In this document: positions 17,630 to 28,913 of the stretch, piece by piece
Layout of the letters: every line of letters starts with the position of its first letter
How positions within the stretch are numbered: the first letter of the stretch is position 1
NCBI GenBank assembly: GCA_947084925.1
Contig: CAMTUJ010000016.1
Coordinates: 3,226 to 67,225, forward strand
Origin: an uncultured Gammaproteobacteria bacterium
GTDB lineage: Bacteria; Pseudomonadota; Gammaproteobacteria; Pseudomonadales; Porticoccaceae
DNA: 64,000 nucleotides
Direction: 5' to 3'
The notes under the pieces: generated by a model
Databases searched by the model: none
The model's input: only the letters and a program-made list of their open reading frames with translations
What the model was told of the DNA's origin: nothing
Program-made: the position numbers and the translations under genes

Positions 17630-19477
17630 ATGTTCTCGCTGTTCCAACGCAAAAGGGTGCCAACCGCCGGTGCACCGCCCACCGCCTCCATAGCGATGCC
17701 CCAAGGGCTGACCCGGCCGGAGTCGGCCGCCTCGCTACTGGCGACGCCGCGCCGGCGGAAGCTGCTGGAACACATCTGGCAACGGACCTCGCTGTCGCGC
17801 AAGCAATTCGCCGCGCTGTACCTGACGCCCCTGGAGCGCTACGCCGAGTTGGTGCAACAGTTCCCCGCCTCCGAGAGTCACCATCACGCCTATCCGGGCG
17901 GCATGCTGGATCACGGCCTGGAGATCGTGGCCTACGCATTGAAGCTGCGACAGTCGCATCTGCTGCCCGCTGGTGTCACGCCGGAAGCGCAGGCGGCCCA
18001 GGCCGAGGCCTGGACTGCGGGCACCGCTTACGCGGCCCTGCTGCACGACATCGGCAAGATCGCCGTCGATCTGCATGTCGAATACGCCGATGGCACTCTC
18101 TGGCATCCCTGGCATGGCCCGTTGCAGCGGCCGTATCGTTTCCGCTACCGCAAGGACCGCGAGTATCGGCTGCACGGTGCCGCCACCGGACTGCTGTACA
18201 CCCGGCTGCTGGACCGCGAGATTCTCGACTGGCTCAACGGCTTCTCCGATCTGTGGGCTTCCCTGCTGTACGTCCTGGCCGGCCAGTACGAGCACGCCGG
18301 CACCCTTGGCGAACTGGTCGTGCAGGCCGACCAGGCCTCCGTCGCCCAGGAACTCGGCGGCGATCCGAACAAGGCGCTGGCCGCACCCAAGCACGCGCTG
18401 CAACGCAAGCTGCTCGACGGCCTGCGCTATTTGCTCAAGGAGGAGTTCAAGCTGAACCAGCCACAGGCTTCGGACGGCTGGCTGACCCAGGACGCACTCT
18501 GGCTGGTGAGCAAGACCGTCTCCGACAAGCTGCGGGCGCATCTGCTGTCGCAGGGCATCGATGGCATCCCGGCCAGCAACACGGCAGTGTTCAACGTGCT
18601 TCAGGACCATGGCATCGCCCTGCCGACGCCGGACGGCAAAGCGATCTGGAAAGCCACGGTCGCGAGCGCTGCCGGCTGGTCGCACAGCTTCACCTTCCTG
18701 AAACTGTCCCCCGCGATGATTTGGGAAGCGCCCGACCGCCCGGCAGCCTTCGCGGGTACCGTGCAGGTGGAGCCGGAAGGGTCGGCGGCACAGACACCCG
18801 CACCCGAGGCCATCGACGTGGAAACAGGGGAATCCGCCCCGGTGACTACCGAGTCCACCACATCAACGACTGCCGACAGCAGCGTCGAGGAGCTGCTGGA
18901 ACTGCTCGATTCGTCTCCCGCGTCCACTGCTACGGCCATGCCGCTTCAGCCCCTCGCTGAGAAGCCCGCGCCGTTGCCGGACCATAAGCCCGCCGACACC
19001 ACGCCGGTCCAGGCAGTACACCAAGGCGACGCCGATCCATCCGGTGCTCATTTTCTCGCGTGGCTGCGTCAGAGCATCCAGACGCGCAAGCTCATCATCA
19101 ACGACGCCAAGGCGCTGGCACATACCGTGGCCGACACGGCGTATCTCGTGAGTCCCGGCGTGTTCCAGCGCTACGCGCAGGAGCACCCGCAGATCACCGC
19201 CCTGGCCAAGCAGGACAAGCTACCGGAATGGCAGTGGGTACAAAAGCGGTTCGAGAAGCTGGGCCTGCACCGCAAACAGGCCAGCGGGCTGAACATCTGG
19301 AATTGCGAAGTGACGGGGCCTCGCAAGTCCAGGCGGCTGCACGGATACCTGCTGACCAGCCCCGATACGCTGTTCCATGAGATACCCCCGAACAATCCTT
19401 ACCTGCGCCTCGCCAACGCCGAGGCACAGCGTGACGACTCGGCGTTTCATGCCAAGAACGATGACGAGCAGGAATAG
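17630..19477 (+). CDS. traI: MobH-family conjugative relaxase TraI (HD-domain relaxase, PFGI-1 class)
   Basis: HHHAYPGGMLDHGLE and ALLHDIGKIAVDL are HD-domain metal-binding motifs. The size and acidic/proline-rich middle fit ICE TraI. I chose the ATG at 17630 (MFSLFQRKR...) over the track start at 17426, whose extension is low-complexity K/G-rich. Confidence 0.75.
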   Translation: MFSLFQRKRVPTAGAPPTASIAMPQGLTRPESAASLLATPRRRKLLEHIWQRTSLSRKQFAALYLTPLERYAELVQQFPASESHHHAYPGGMLDHGLEIVAYALKLRQSHLLPAGVTPEAQAAQAEAWTAGTAYAALLHDIGKIAVDLHVEYADGTLWHPWHGPLQRPYRFRYRKDREYRLHGAATGLLYTRLLDREILDWLNGFSDLWASLLYVLAGQYEHAGTLGELVVQADQASVAQELGGDPNKALAAPKHALQRKLLDGLRYLLKEEFKLNQPQASDGWLTQDALWLVSKTVSDKLRAHLLSQGIDGIPASNTAVFNVLQDHGIALPTPDGKAIWKATVASAAGWSHSFTFLKLSPAMIWEAPDRPAAFAGTVQVEPEGSAAQTPAPEAIDVETGESAPVTTESTTSTTADSSVEELLELLDSSPASTATAMPLQPLAEKPAPLPDHKPADTTPVQAVHQGDADPSGAHFLAWLRQSIQTRKLIINDAKALAHTVADTAYLVSPGVFQRYAQEHPQITALAKQDKLPEWQWVQKRFEKLGLHRKQASGLNIWNCEVTGPRKSRRLHGYLLTSPDTLFHEIPPNNPYLRLANAEAQRDDSAFHAKNDDEQE

Positions 19478-19495
19478 GATATGACGCCGGCGCCC

Positions 19496-19801
19496 TCAGT
19501 TGCCGCGCTTGGGCGGGTCCGATTCGGCCAGCTTGGCCTCCATCGCAGCCATCAGGTGGGCAGAGCTGCACTTCAGGGCGCGGGCGATCTTGAGGATCAG
19601 AGGAAGCGTGGGAATGTGCTCGCCCCGCTCGATCTTGCCCATGTGCGACCGCTCGATTCCGGCCAGGTGGGCCAGCGTTTCCTGCGCGATCCCCTGGTCC
19701 GTTCTTTCCTCCCGCACCACTGCCCCAAACGCGATCGCTGGTTCCGCTTCGTATGTTGTTGTCCCGGCTGGTCGGCCGCGTTGAATCGATCGCTTTTGCA
19801 T
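19496..19801 (-). CDS. XRE-family HTH transcriptional regulator
   Basis: ERTDQGIAQETLAHLAGIERSHMGKIERGEHIPTLPLILKIARAL is a canonical Cro/C1-type HTH. The ATG at 19801 is preferred over the TTG at 19807. Confidence 0.8.
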   Translation of the reverse strand: MQKRSIQRGRPAGTTTYEAEPAIAFGAVVREERTDQGIAQETLAHLAGIERSHMGKIERGEHIPTLPLILKIARALKCSSAHLMAAMEAKLAESDPPKRGN

Positions 19802-19841
19802 TGCCAAAAGCGTCGATCAGGGCCACGATATAAACCACGTT

Positions 19842-19866
19842 AAACTTAACTCATTCGATTAAGTTT
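19842..19866. promoter_or_regulatory. Perfect 8-bp inverted repeat AAACTTAA-N9-TTAAGTTT in the divergent XRE/LysR-fragment intergenic region; probable operator
   Basis: AAACTTAA at 19842-19849 and TTAAGTTT at 19859-19866 were read directly. This is an AT-rich island inside GC-rich DNA, between two divergently oriented genes. Confidence 0.45.
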
Positions 19867-19889
19867 CCATGCTTTAGCGCCTTCGGAAG

Positions 19890-20522
19890 TTGCACGTGAG
19901 ATCGATCGACGTCTCCACTGAAATCCGCCTGGCAGTCCTCGGCGATTGGGTTCCTCCCCAACTCGCCGACGTGCTCGCCATACAGCGCGCCGAAGAACCT
20001 GAAACCCTGGCAGTTCTGATCGACACAGCGGCCACCGGACAACAACAGGAACGACCTGGTGACGGCTTCGACTTCGCGTTGTCCGCCACCCATCGGGAGT
20101 GGCCTGGCTGGCTCTGCGAACCGCTGTGGCACGACACCCTGGCCGTCGCTGTGGCAAAGCGATCCCACTTGCTGGCCTACCGAGAAGTACCCTGCCAGGA
20201 AGCGCTCAAACAGCCGCTGATCTACGCGCGATCAACGGCCGAAGAGTCGTGGCGGACGCTCGCACAGAGCGCATTCGAGAACGAATTGCGGGACCGCGAA
20301 GCAGCCGTCAGTACGTTCGAGGTCGCCATGACGCTGGTCGCAGCGGGGTACGGAATCGCCGTGGCCCCATCCACGAGACTTGCCGGGTATCGATGCCAGG
20401 GCATCGCCCTGCGGCCGCTGGCGAGCGCACCGATGATCGTGACCGCCTACCTGATTAGACCCGACGTTGCCCTGACGGAGCATCAAGAGGGCTTTCTTCG
20501 ACGCGCCCGCTCAATGTCCTGA
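19890..20522 (+). CDS. LysR-type substrate-binding (effector) domain protein lacking the N-terminal wHTH; possibly a truncated regulator
   Basis: 210 aa with a GTG start. ...FEVAMTLVAAGYGIAVAPSTRLAGY...GIALRPL... is typical of the LysR C-terminal domain. No HTH-coding sequence lies upstream in frame. Confidence 0.6.
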   Translation: MHVRSIDVSTEIRLAVLGDWVPPQLADVLAIQRAEEPETLAVLIDTAATGQQQERPGDGFDFALSATHREWPGWLCEPLWHDTLAVAVAKRSHLLAYREVPCQEALKQPLIYARSTAEESWRTLAQSAFENELRDREAAVSTFEVAMTLVAAGYGIAVAPSTRLAGYRCQGIALRPLASAPMIVTAYLIRPDVALTEHQEGFLRRARSMS

Positions 20523-20547
20523 GCAGCCTCTCAGCCCGGCACGCGCC

Positions 20548-21816
20548 TCACTCCCGCTCGATGACCCGCAGCAAGGCCCTGCGCCGTTTCGACAGCGGCC
20601 CGAAGGTTGCCATGACCTCGTTCATCGAATCGCCACGAGCCATCGCATCGAGGATGTCCGCCCAATCCTGCATGATGATCTTCCGCGATGCGATGTACTT
20701 GGTGTGGTCGTAGGGTGCGCGCGACGAATCTTTCTTCCGCTTCGAGTGGGCCAGTTGCAGATCAACCCGGTTCTCTGGGTAGCTCAACAAGCCGAGCAGC
20801 GTGGTCGCTGTTGAGCGGAAGCCGTGCGAAGAAAACTGTCCACCGTAGCCCATGCGCTCCAACACCTTGTTGAGCGTCGTAGCCGACATAACCGTTCCCG
20901 GCTTCCTGAAGCCGGGAAACAGCACCTTCCCTCCGCCTGTCAGCGTGTGCAGTTCTTTCAACAGCACGATGGCCTGCTTCGAGAGCGGAACGATGTGAGG
21001 GTCGCGCATCTTCATGCGCCCCGCAGGAACCGTCCACATCGCACTGTCCAGATCGAACTCGGACCAGTGCGCCTTGCGCAGTTCGGCCGTGCGGACATAA
21101 GTGAGGGCCATCAATCGCAGTGCAATGACAGTGACCCGGTAACCTGCATCATCCACACGGCTCAAGAACTTCGGGATCTCTTGCCACGGTAGCGGTGGAT
21201 GGTGTCGAACTCGGGGGCGCTTGACCGACCGTTTCAGCAGCGCCGTCGGATCACTGTCGCAAAGCTCTTCACCCGCCGCGTATGCGAAGATTTGGCTGCA
21301 CAATTGCCTGATCAGGATCGCAACGGTGGGAGCGCCGCGCTCCGCAACATCCTTAATGACGGGGCGCAGGTGAGCAGTCCGGATTGAGCTGACCGGCAGC
21401 TTGCCCACTTTGGGAAAAACATCGTTCTCCAAAGTGCGCTTGACTTGATCGGCGTAACCCTCGCTCCACTGCACGTTGCTCGCCATCCATCTGCGAGCCA
21501 CTGGCTCAAAGGTGTTCTCGTTCTTTTCAAGCTGAGTGGAGATGTTGACTCTCTTCTCCACCACGGGGTGTACGCCCTTCTTGACGAGTTCCCGCGCGCG
21601 ATCCCGCTCGGTCCGCGCCGCCTCCAGTGAGACCTGGGGGTACTTGCCGATCGCGTAGATGGCAGGCTTTCCGCCAAGCCGATAGCGGTAGCGCCACAAC
21701 TTGCTTCCGCTGGGCGTGACGTACAGAAATAGACTGCCCCCGTCCTTGAGCCAGTACGGTTCTTTTTGGGAAGGAATGGTCTCGACCTTCCTGGCCGAGA
21801 GCAGGTTCATGGCCAT
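20548..21816 (-). CDS. int: Tyrosine integrase, P4-like with N-terminal DUF4102 arm-binding domain
   Basis: 422 aa. The N-terminus reads LSARKVETI...YWLKDGGSLFLYVTPSGSKLWRYRYRLGGK (DUF4102 signature). Catalytic-region motifs are VRTAELRKAHWSEFD, HGFRSTATT and LAHS...APYDHTKY. Confidence 0.9.
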   Translation of the reverse strand: MAMNLLSARKVETIPSQKEPYWLKDGGSLFLYVTPSGSKLWRYRYRLGGKPAIYAIGKYPQVSLEAARTERDRARELVKKGVHPVVEKRVNISTQLEKNENTFEPVARRWMASNVQWSEGYADQVKRTLENDVFPKVGKLPVSSIRTAHLRPVIKDVAERGAPTVAILIRQLCSQIFAYAAGEELCDSDPTALLKRSVKRPRVRHHPPLPWQEIPKFLSRVDDAGYRVTVIALRLMALTYVRTAELRKAHWSEFDLDSAMWTVPAGRMKMRDPHIVPLSKQAIVLLKELHTLTGGGKVLFPGFRKPGTVMSATTLNKVLERMGYGGQFSSHGFRSTATTLLGLLSYPENRVDLQLAHSKRKKDSSRAPYDHTKYIASRKIIMQDWADILDAMARGDSMNEVMATFGPLSKRRRALLRVIERE

Positions 21817-21866
21817 GTGTGTATATCACCTCTCTTGAGGTCCTATATACACAGAAATATACACAC
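21817..21866. repeat. Inverted/direct repeat cluster in the int leader: GTGTGTATAT...TATATACACA...ATATACACAC with nested CCTC-TCTT-GAGG
   Basis: GTGTGTATAT at 21817-21826 is the reverse complement of ATATACACAC at 21857-21866. ATATACACA is repeated directly at 21845-21853 and 21857-21865. The structure overlaps the likely int Shine-Dalgarno region. Confidence 0.6.
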
Positions 21867-21997
21867 TTGCAGCAGATTGGTCTAGCCTTCACCAGACCAT
21901 CAAGGAAGTAACATCAATACAAATCAACAACTTACACTTTCTCCATGGAACACGGTGGAGCTTGATGGATGCTAATCGTAGTTGTCGATCATAAGAA

Positions 21998-23530
21998 TCA
22001 CGACGCCACCTCCGCGCCATCAGCCACCGGGCCGTCGGCCACCGCGCTATCGACCACCGAACCATCCACCACCATGGCGGCGGCGCGGAACAGCGCGCGC
22101 GCCTTGTTCATGGTCTCCTTCCATTCGAGCGCCGGCACCGAATCGGCGACCACGCCGCCGCCGGCCTGGACATGGAGCTTGCCGTCCTTGATCACCGCGG
22201 TGCGGATCGCGATCGCGGTGTCCATGTTGCCGTTCCAGCCCAGGTAGCCGACCGCGCCGCCGTAGATGCAGCGCTTGACCGGCTCCAGCGCGTCGATGAT
22301 TTCCATGGCGCGGATCTTGGGCGCGCCGCTCAGCGTGCCGGCCGGCAGGGTGGCGCGCAGCACGTCGAGCGCCGACAGCCCGGGCCGCACATGGCCCACC
22401 ACGTTGGAGGTGATGTGCATGACGTGGGAGAAGCGCTCCACCACCATCTGCTCGGTGACCCGCACCGAGCCGGTGGCCGCGATGCGCCCGACATCGTTGC
22501 GGCCCAGGTCGATCAGCATCAGGTGCTCGGCGATCTCCTTGGGATCGGCCAGCATCTCGCGCTCCAGGGCCAGATCCTCGTCCGGCGTGCGACCGCGGCG
22601 GCGGGTGCCGGCGATGGGCCGCACCGTGACCTCGCCCCGTTCGAGGCGGGCGAGAATTTCCGGCGACGACCCCGCGATCTGGAATTCCCCCAGGTCGAGA
22701 AAGTACAGGTAGGGCGAGGGATTGAGATTGCGCAGCGCGCGGTAGAGGTTCACCGGTTCTCCGGGAAACGGCAGCGTGAGACGCTGCGAGGGCACCACCT
22801 GCATGACATCGCCGGCGCGGGTGTACTCCTTGATGGTCTCCACCGCCGCCTCGTAACCCGCGCGCCCCAGGCTGGAGACGAAATCCTCTTCCTGCACGCC
22901 GCCGCCTTCGAGCCGCACCGGCGGCAGTTCCGGCACCGGCTCGCGCAGACGCGCGGCGATGGCGTCGAGCCGCGCCTGCGCCACGGCCCAGGCATCGGGA
23001 ACGGCCGGGTCGGCGTGCACGATCAGGGTCAGGGTGCCGGCCAGATTGTCGAACACCACCACTTCGTCCGACACCATCAGCAGGATGTCGGGCACTCCCA
23101 GCTCGTCCGGCGGACAGGAATGCGCGAGGCGCGGTTCCACATAGCGCACCGTGTCGTAGCCGAAGTAGCCCACCAGGCCACCGGTGAAGCGCGGCAGTCC
23201 GGGCAGTTCCGGCACCCGGAAACCCGCCTGCCAGGCTTCGATCTCGGCCAGCGGATCGGCGCAGGTGCGGGACTCCGCCGCCGCGCCATCTACCTCGATC
23301 GCAAATTCGTGGCCGCACACCTTCACCACCGTGCGCGCCGGCAGGCCGATCAGCGAATAGCGGCCCCATTTCTCGCCGCCTTCGACGGATTCGAGCAGAT
23401 ACGAATAGCGGCCACGGGCAAGCTTGAGATAACAGGACAGCGGCGTTTCCAGATCCGCGAGCACGGCACGCGTGATCGGGATGCGGTTGTAACCCTGCTG
23501 GGCGATGGCGGCGAATTGTTCCGGTGTCAT
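21998..23530 (-). CDS. trpE: Anthranilate synthase component I
   Basis: [37 protein letters not shown]...[20 protein letters not shown]... The start is set at the ATG at 23530; the longer track ORF is a GC-rich upstream extension. Confidence 0.9.
   Translation of the reverse strand: MTPEQFAAIAQQGYNRIPITRAVLADLETPLSCYLKLARGRYSYLLESVEGGEKWGRYSLIGLPARTVVKVCGHEFAIEVDGAAAESRTCADPLAEIEAWQAGFRVPELPGLPRFTGGLVGYFGYDTVRYVEPRLAHSCPPDELGVPDILLMVSDEVVVFDNLAGTLTLIVHADPAVPDAWAVAQARLDAIAARLREPVPELPPVRLEGGGVQEEDFVSSLGRAGYEAAVETIKEYTRAGDVMQVVPSQRLTLPFPGEPVNLYRALRNLNPSPYLYFLDLGEFQIAGSSPEILARLERGEVTVRPIAGTRRRGRTPDEDLALEREMLADPKEIAEHLMLIDLGRNDVGRIAATGSVRVTEQMVVERFSHVMHITSNVVGHVRPGLSALDVLRATLPAGTLSGAPKIRAMEIIDALEPVKRCIYGGAVGYLGWNGNMDTAIAIRTAVIKDGKLHVQAGGGVVADSVPALEWKETMNKARALFRAAAMVVDGSVVDSAVADGPVADGAEVAS
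22013..22072 (-). repeat. Four imperfect 15-nt tandem repeats encoding (V-x-D-G/S-x)x4 at the extreme 3' end of trpE
   Basis: The minus strand reads GTGGTGGATGGTTCG / GTGGTCGATAGCGCG / GTGGCCGACGGCCCG / GTGGCTGATGGCGCG. This translates to [20 protein letters not shown], followed by EVAS-stop. Confidence 0.7.
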
Positions 23531-23699
23531 GACAGCTTTCCCCAAGATTGAACGATGGCGCGAGGTGCCCTGCGGGCAGGGGCGATCAGCCCCGGCGCCA
23601 ACGCCAACGGGGAAGCGGGAGAAATTTTGCGTTCGGGGCGGTGAAAATGATCGTGACTCCTGATTGCGGCGGGATTCTAGCCCATTCGCCCGGGGCGGA

Positions 23700-24371
23700 C
23701 TACCGCACCCCCGCCAGCGCCGCGCGCATGGCCGCGACCGCGGCGCCATAATCCGCCGCGCCGAAAATCGCCGATCCCGCGACAAAGGTGTCGGCCCCCG
23801 CGGCGGCAATCTCGCCGATATTGGCGGCGCTCACTCCGCCATCCACTTCGAGGCGGATGGCGCGGCCGCTGGCGTCGATCAGCGCGCGCGCGGCGCGCAG
23901 CTTGTTGAGGGTTTCCGGAATGAAGGCCTGGCCGCCGAAGCCGGGGTTCACCGACATCAAGAGCAGCACATCGAGCTTGTCCATCACATGGTGGATGACA
24001 TCGAGTCCGGTGGCCGGATTCAGCACCAGGCCGGTTTTGCAGCCCAGCTCGCGCGCCACTTGCAGCGAGCGGTCCACATGGCGGCTCGCCTCGGGGTGAA
24101 AGGTGATCCAAGAGGCGCCAGCGGCGGCGAAGGCGCGGATCAGGTCGTCGACCGGCTCCACCATCAGGTGCACGTCGATGGGCGCGGTGACGCCGTAATC
24201 GCGCAGCGCCTTGCACACCATGGGCCCGACGGTGAGGTTGGGCACATAGTGGTTGTCCATCACATCGAAGTGAACGACATCGGCGCCGGCGGCCAGCACC
24301 GCATCCACTTCGGCCCCCAGGCGGGCGAAATCGGCGGACAGGATGGACGGGGCGATCAGGTATTCGGGCAT
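23700..24371 (-). CDS. rpe: Ribulose-phosphate 3-epimerase
   Basis: [22 protein letters not shown]...[14 protein letters not shown]...VDGG... Confidence 0.9.
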   Translation of the reverse strand: MPEYLIAPSILSADFARLGAEVDAVLAAGADVVHFDVMDNHYVPNLTVGPMVCKALRDYGVTAPIDVHLMVEPVDDLIRAFAAAGASWITFHPEASRHVDRSLQVARELGCKTGLVLNPATGLDVIHHVMDKLDVLLLMSVNPGFGGQAFIPETLNKLRAARALIDASGRAIRLEVDGGVSAANIGEIAAAGADTFVAGSAIFGAADYGAAVAAMRAALAGVR

Positions 24372-24510
24372 GCGCGCTTACCGGTCGGGAAACGCCGGGA
24401 ACTATGCCGCGAACGCCGGGCTCGGGCAATGCGCGCGGCGGGTCCACAGCCGCGGATACCCCGCGCGGGTGTGATAGGCTCGACGAAGCTCCCGATACCC
24501 ATCCCAGCCC

Positions 24511-25470
24511 ATGCCACAGTCGGAACCGGTTTCCGCCGCCACCCTCGATCAGTTGCGCCACAATTTGCCGCCCCTCGCCTTCAATCCCGCCACCGACGCG
24601 GACAGCAGCGCACTGGCGGGAGCGGCGGCGTACCTGCGTCACTACCACATCGAGCTCGCATCCCTCGCTCCCGGCGTGCGCCACTGCATGGGCAGGGTGA
24701 CCACCAACGGCCACCGGATCGCCGCCCATTACTGGTTGCACCCGGCGTCGCGCGGCACGGTGTTTGTGGTGCACGGCTATTTCGATCACGTCGGGCTTTA
24801 CGGACATTTGATTCGCCACCTGCTCGCGCGGGAACTGAATGTCGTCGCCTTCGATTTGCCGGGGCATGGGCTGTCGGACGGCGAACGCGTCACCATCGCC
24901 AGCTTCGATCACTACACCGAGGTGCTGACGGGAATTCTCACCCGCGCCGGCGCCCTGGACTCGCCCTGGCATGGCGTGGGCCAGAGCACCGGCGGCGCCA
25001 TCCTGATCAAATATTTGCTTGACGGCGAACACCCCCGGCCCCTGGAGCGGATCGCCCTGCTCGCGCCCCTGGTGCATCCCCGGCTGTGGGGACTCAACCG
25101 GCTGGTTTATCTCGCCTCCCACCGCTGGCGCACAGCCATCGACCGCAAATTCATGGTCAATTCGGGCGACCCGGCATTTCTCGATTTCGTGCAGCGACAC
25201 GATCCCCTGCAGGAACGTCACGTCCCGCTGGAATGGATCGGCGCCATGAAACACTGGACCGAGACGCTGCACCGCCTGCCGCCGTCGCCACACCCCGTGA
25301 CCCTGGTGCAGGGCGACGCCGACACCACACTCGACTGGCGCTACAACCTGCGTCTGCTGCGCGAGAAACTGCCCAACATGCATCTGCATCTGCTGCCCGG
25401 CGCCCAGCATCATCTGGTCAATGAAGCGGAACCGATCCGCGCCCGGGTGTTTGCCGCGCTGGGGTTCTGA
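24511..25470 (+). CDS. Alpha/beta-fold hydrolase (lysophospholipase/monoacylglycerol-lipase-like)
   Basis: VFVVHGYFDHVG...FDLPGHGLSDG..., nucleophile elbow GQSTGG, and a late D...H (QGDADTT..., AQHHL). Confidence 0.7.
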   Translation: MPQSEPVSAATLDQLRHNLPPLAFNPATDADSSALAGAAAYLRHYHIELASLAPGVRHCMGRVTTNGHRIAAHYWLHPASRGTVFVVHGYFDHVGLYGHLIRHLLARELNVVAFDLPGHGLSDGERVTIASFDHYTEVLTGILTRAGALDSPWHGVGQSTGGAILIKYLLDGEHPRPLERIALLAPLVHPRLWGLNRLVYLASHRWRTAIDRKFMVNSGDPAFLDFVQRHDPLQERHVPLEWIGAMKHWTETLHRLPPSPHPVTLVQGDADTTLDWRYNLRLLREKLPNMHLHLLPGAQHHLVNEAEPIRARVFAALGF

Positions 25471-25473
25471 GCG

Positions 25474-26895
<1,422 letters not shown>

Positions 26896-26904
26896 GGAGC
26901 CCCC

Positions 26905-27594
26905 ATGCGCTATTCCCACCGATTTGCCGACGGCGGTGCCTGCCACCTGCCACCGGGGAAGGTCGTCTGCGTCGGCCTCAACTACGCCGCCCATGTCGCC
27001 GAAATGGGCAGCCAGCCGGCGGCGGAGCCGGTGCTGTTCATCAAGCCGAGCACCGCGCTGCGGCCCTTCGCGGGCGAAATCGCCATTCCGGTGGATCGCG
27101 GCGAATGCCATTTCGAGACCGAGCTCGCGCTGCTGATCGGCGCGCCCCTGCGTCACTGCGACGCCACCCAGGCCCAGGCCGCCATCGCCGGCGTCGGCCT
27201 GGCGCTCGACCTGACCCTGCGCGATCTGCAAAAAAAGCTGAAGCAGGCCGGCCATCCCTGGGAACGCGCCAAAGGCTTTGACGGCGCCTGCCCGGTATCG
27301 GAATTCCTGCCGCCAACGCGGGTCGGCGATCTGCGGAACCTGGAATTCCGACTCCACCAGAACGGCGTGCCGCGCCAGCACGGTCGCACCGCCACCATGC
27401 TGACCCCGGTGCTGGACCTGCTCTGCTACATGAGCCGCTGGTTCACGCTCGAACCCGGCGACATCGTGCTTACCGGCACCCCGGAAGGCGTGGGTCCGCT
27501 GGCCCCGGGGGACCACCTGGTCGCCGAACTCGGGACCCTGTTGCGGGTGGAGGCCGGGGTGCGTGAATGGCACGGGGCAAACACAGCCCTCTGA
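26905..27594 (+). CDS. Fumarylacetoacetate hydrolase (FAH) family protein
   Basis: GKVVCVGLNYAAHVAEMG...FIKPSTAL...ETELALLIG...DLTLRDLQ...WERAKGFDG...GDIVLTGTPEGVG. Confidence 0.8.
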   Translation: MRYSHRFADGGACHLPPGKVVCVGLNYAAHVAEMGSQPAAEPVLFIKPSTALRPFAGEIAIPVDRGECHFETELALLIGAPLRHCDATQAQAAIAGVGLALDLTLRDLQKKLKQAGHPWERAKGFDGACPVSEFLPPTRVGDLRNLEFRLHQNGVPRQHGRTATMLTPVLDLLCYMSRWFTLEPGDIVLTGTPEGVGPLAPGDHLVAELGTLLRVEAGVREWHGANTAL

Positions 27595-27636
27595 TACCGC
27601 CCCAGCGGTTGGCTGCGACTAGCGCGCGGCCGGCAC

Positions 27637-28410
27637 TCAGGCGCCCGAGGGCTCGCGCTGAAACCGGTAATCCCGGCGCTCGGTGGCGCGGCCGCGGCGG
27701 TAGCTCTGTTCCGCGAAATGCACGGTGCCGTCGCGGTGCATCAACAGCGCGGTGGTGCAGCGGGTGCCGTAGCTGTCCGAGACGATGAAGGGCGCGGACA
27801 GCACCCGCTCCATTTCCAGACCGATGCCGGTGTCGGGCAGATGGGCGTCGGGAAACTGGTCGCGCGATCCGAGAATCGCCAGCAGGCGGTCGGGCGCCGG
27901 GGGGTCGGGCTGGTCGAGCACGGCGGTCAGCATGCGGCGGGCGTACTCGGCCTTGGGCCAGGGCGTGTCGAGCACGTCGTTGCTGAGGGTATAGATACCG
28001 GGTTCGAGCGTCTGGACGCTGGCGTTCTGGTTGGTGCAGTAGACGAGGTGTTCCGGCGTGCCCGCGAGCAGGCTGAAGCCGCGAAACCGGTGCGCCTCCG
28101 CCAGAACGCTTTCGGCATAGGTTGCGGGAGCGCTCGTGGCGCGGAGAAAGTTCACCGGCAGATCGCCGCGCGAGCGCGCGTTGGCGCCCAGGGCACCGCC
28201 CCGGTAGTTGGTGACCGTGGCCCAGCGGCCGCGCCGGTCGACCCCGAACCAGGTGCCGCCCGCTTCGTCATCGCGGCCGCCGAGAATGTGCGGGTGATCG
28301 TCCCAGAACCGCGCCACCTGCGCGGGACGGTCGTAGTACTCGTCGCGGTTCGCCACCACCACCAGCGGATAGTCCGGATGGTGACGAAACGCGAGGGCTA
28401 CGAGACACAC
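27637..28410 (-). CDS. NRDE-family protein (DUF833/TANGO2-like)
   Basis: MCLVALAFRHHPDYPLVVVANRDEYYDRP..., with an N-terminal Cys2 and the NRDE motif. Confidence 0.8.
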   Translation of the reverse strand: MCLVALAFRHHPDYPLVVVANRDEYYDRPAQVARFWDDHPHILGGRDDEAGGTWFGVDRRGRWATVTNYRGGALGANARSRGDLPVNFLRATSAPATYAESVLAEAHRFRGFSLLAGTPEHLVYCTNQNASVQTLEPGIYTLSNDVLDTPWPKAEYARRMLTAVLDQPDPPAPDRLLAILGSRDQFPDAHLPDTGIGLEMERVLSAPFIVSDSYGTRCTTALLMHRDGTVHFAEQSYRRGRATERRDYRFQREPSGA

Positions 28411-28428
28411 GGCGGGAGGCTCCCCGGT

Positions 28429-28833
28429 CTAATCGTCGCTGTCCTGTTCTTCCTCGACGACCTCCAGGTACGCCTGGGCGTCGAGCAGATCGTCCAGCTC
28501 GGCGGGGTCCGCGATGCGCAGCCGGTAGAACCAGCCGTCGCCATAGGGCGAAGCGTTGATGATTTCGGGCGTATCCTCGAGTGCCTCGTTGATCGCGATG
28601 ACGGTGCCGGTCAGGGGCGCGAAGACGTCCGACGCCGCCTTGACGGACTCGACCACGCCGGCCTCCTGGCCGAGATCGAGCTCGTCCCCCAGCTCCGGCA
28701 ACTCGACATAGACAATGTCGCCGAGGCTGTCCTGCGCATAATCGGTAATGCCCACGGTCACGGTTCCATCACCTTCGTTGCGCACCCATTCGTGGGTTTC
28801 GCGGTAGCCAAGCTCCTTGGGGGTATCGACCAT
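28429..28833 (-). CDS. gcvH: Glycine cleavage system protein H
   Basis: GITDYAQDSLGDIVYVELPE...VESVKAASDVFAPL contains the lipoyl-lysine motif. Confidence 0.9.
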   Translation of the reverse strand: MVDTPKELGYRETHEWVRNEGDGTVTVGITDYAQDSLGDIVYVELPELGDELDLGQEAGVVESVKAASDVFAPLTGTVIAINEALEDTPEIINASPYGDGWFYRLRIADPAELDDLLDAQAYLEVVEEEQDSDD

Positions 28834-28913
28834 GCTGGTTCTCCAATCTTCGGGGTGCCGAGTGATTCGTTGCCGGGTGTCCAGGGAAAATCCGCCGCCG
28901 GCGCGACGGGCGC

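Larger units (their letters stand above)
1..21997. mobile_element. End portion of an integrative (conjugative) element, PFGI-1/ICEclc-like backbone with a lower-GC defence cargo; the other end lies outside the window
   Basis: An integrase sits at the extreme end next to trpE. A MobH-type TraI relaxase, a DUF3742 gene, a TA module and XRE/LysR regulators are present. Composition steps visibly at about 15150-15600 and about 21870-22000. Confidence 0.7.

Noticed and set aside
21817-21997. Expected tRNA or tmRNA integration target next to the P4-like integrase.
   Set aside because: The segment is AT-rich. It has no GGTTCGAATCC-like T-arm, no acceptor-stem complementarity and no CCA context on either strand.
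23531-23809. 93-codon upstream extension of the trpE ORF.
   Set aside because: The extension is R/P/S-rich with no similarity to Trp[19 protein letters not shown] is a typical TrpE start.
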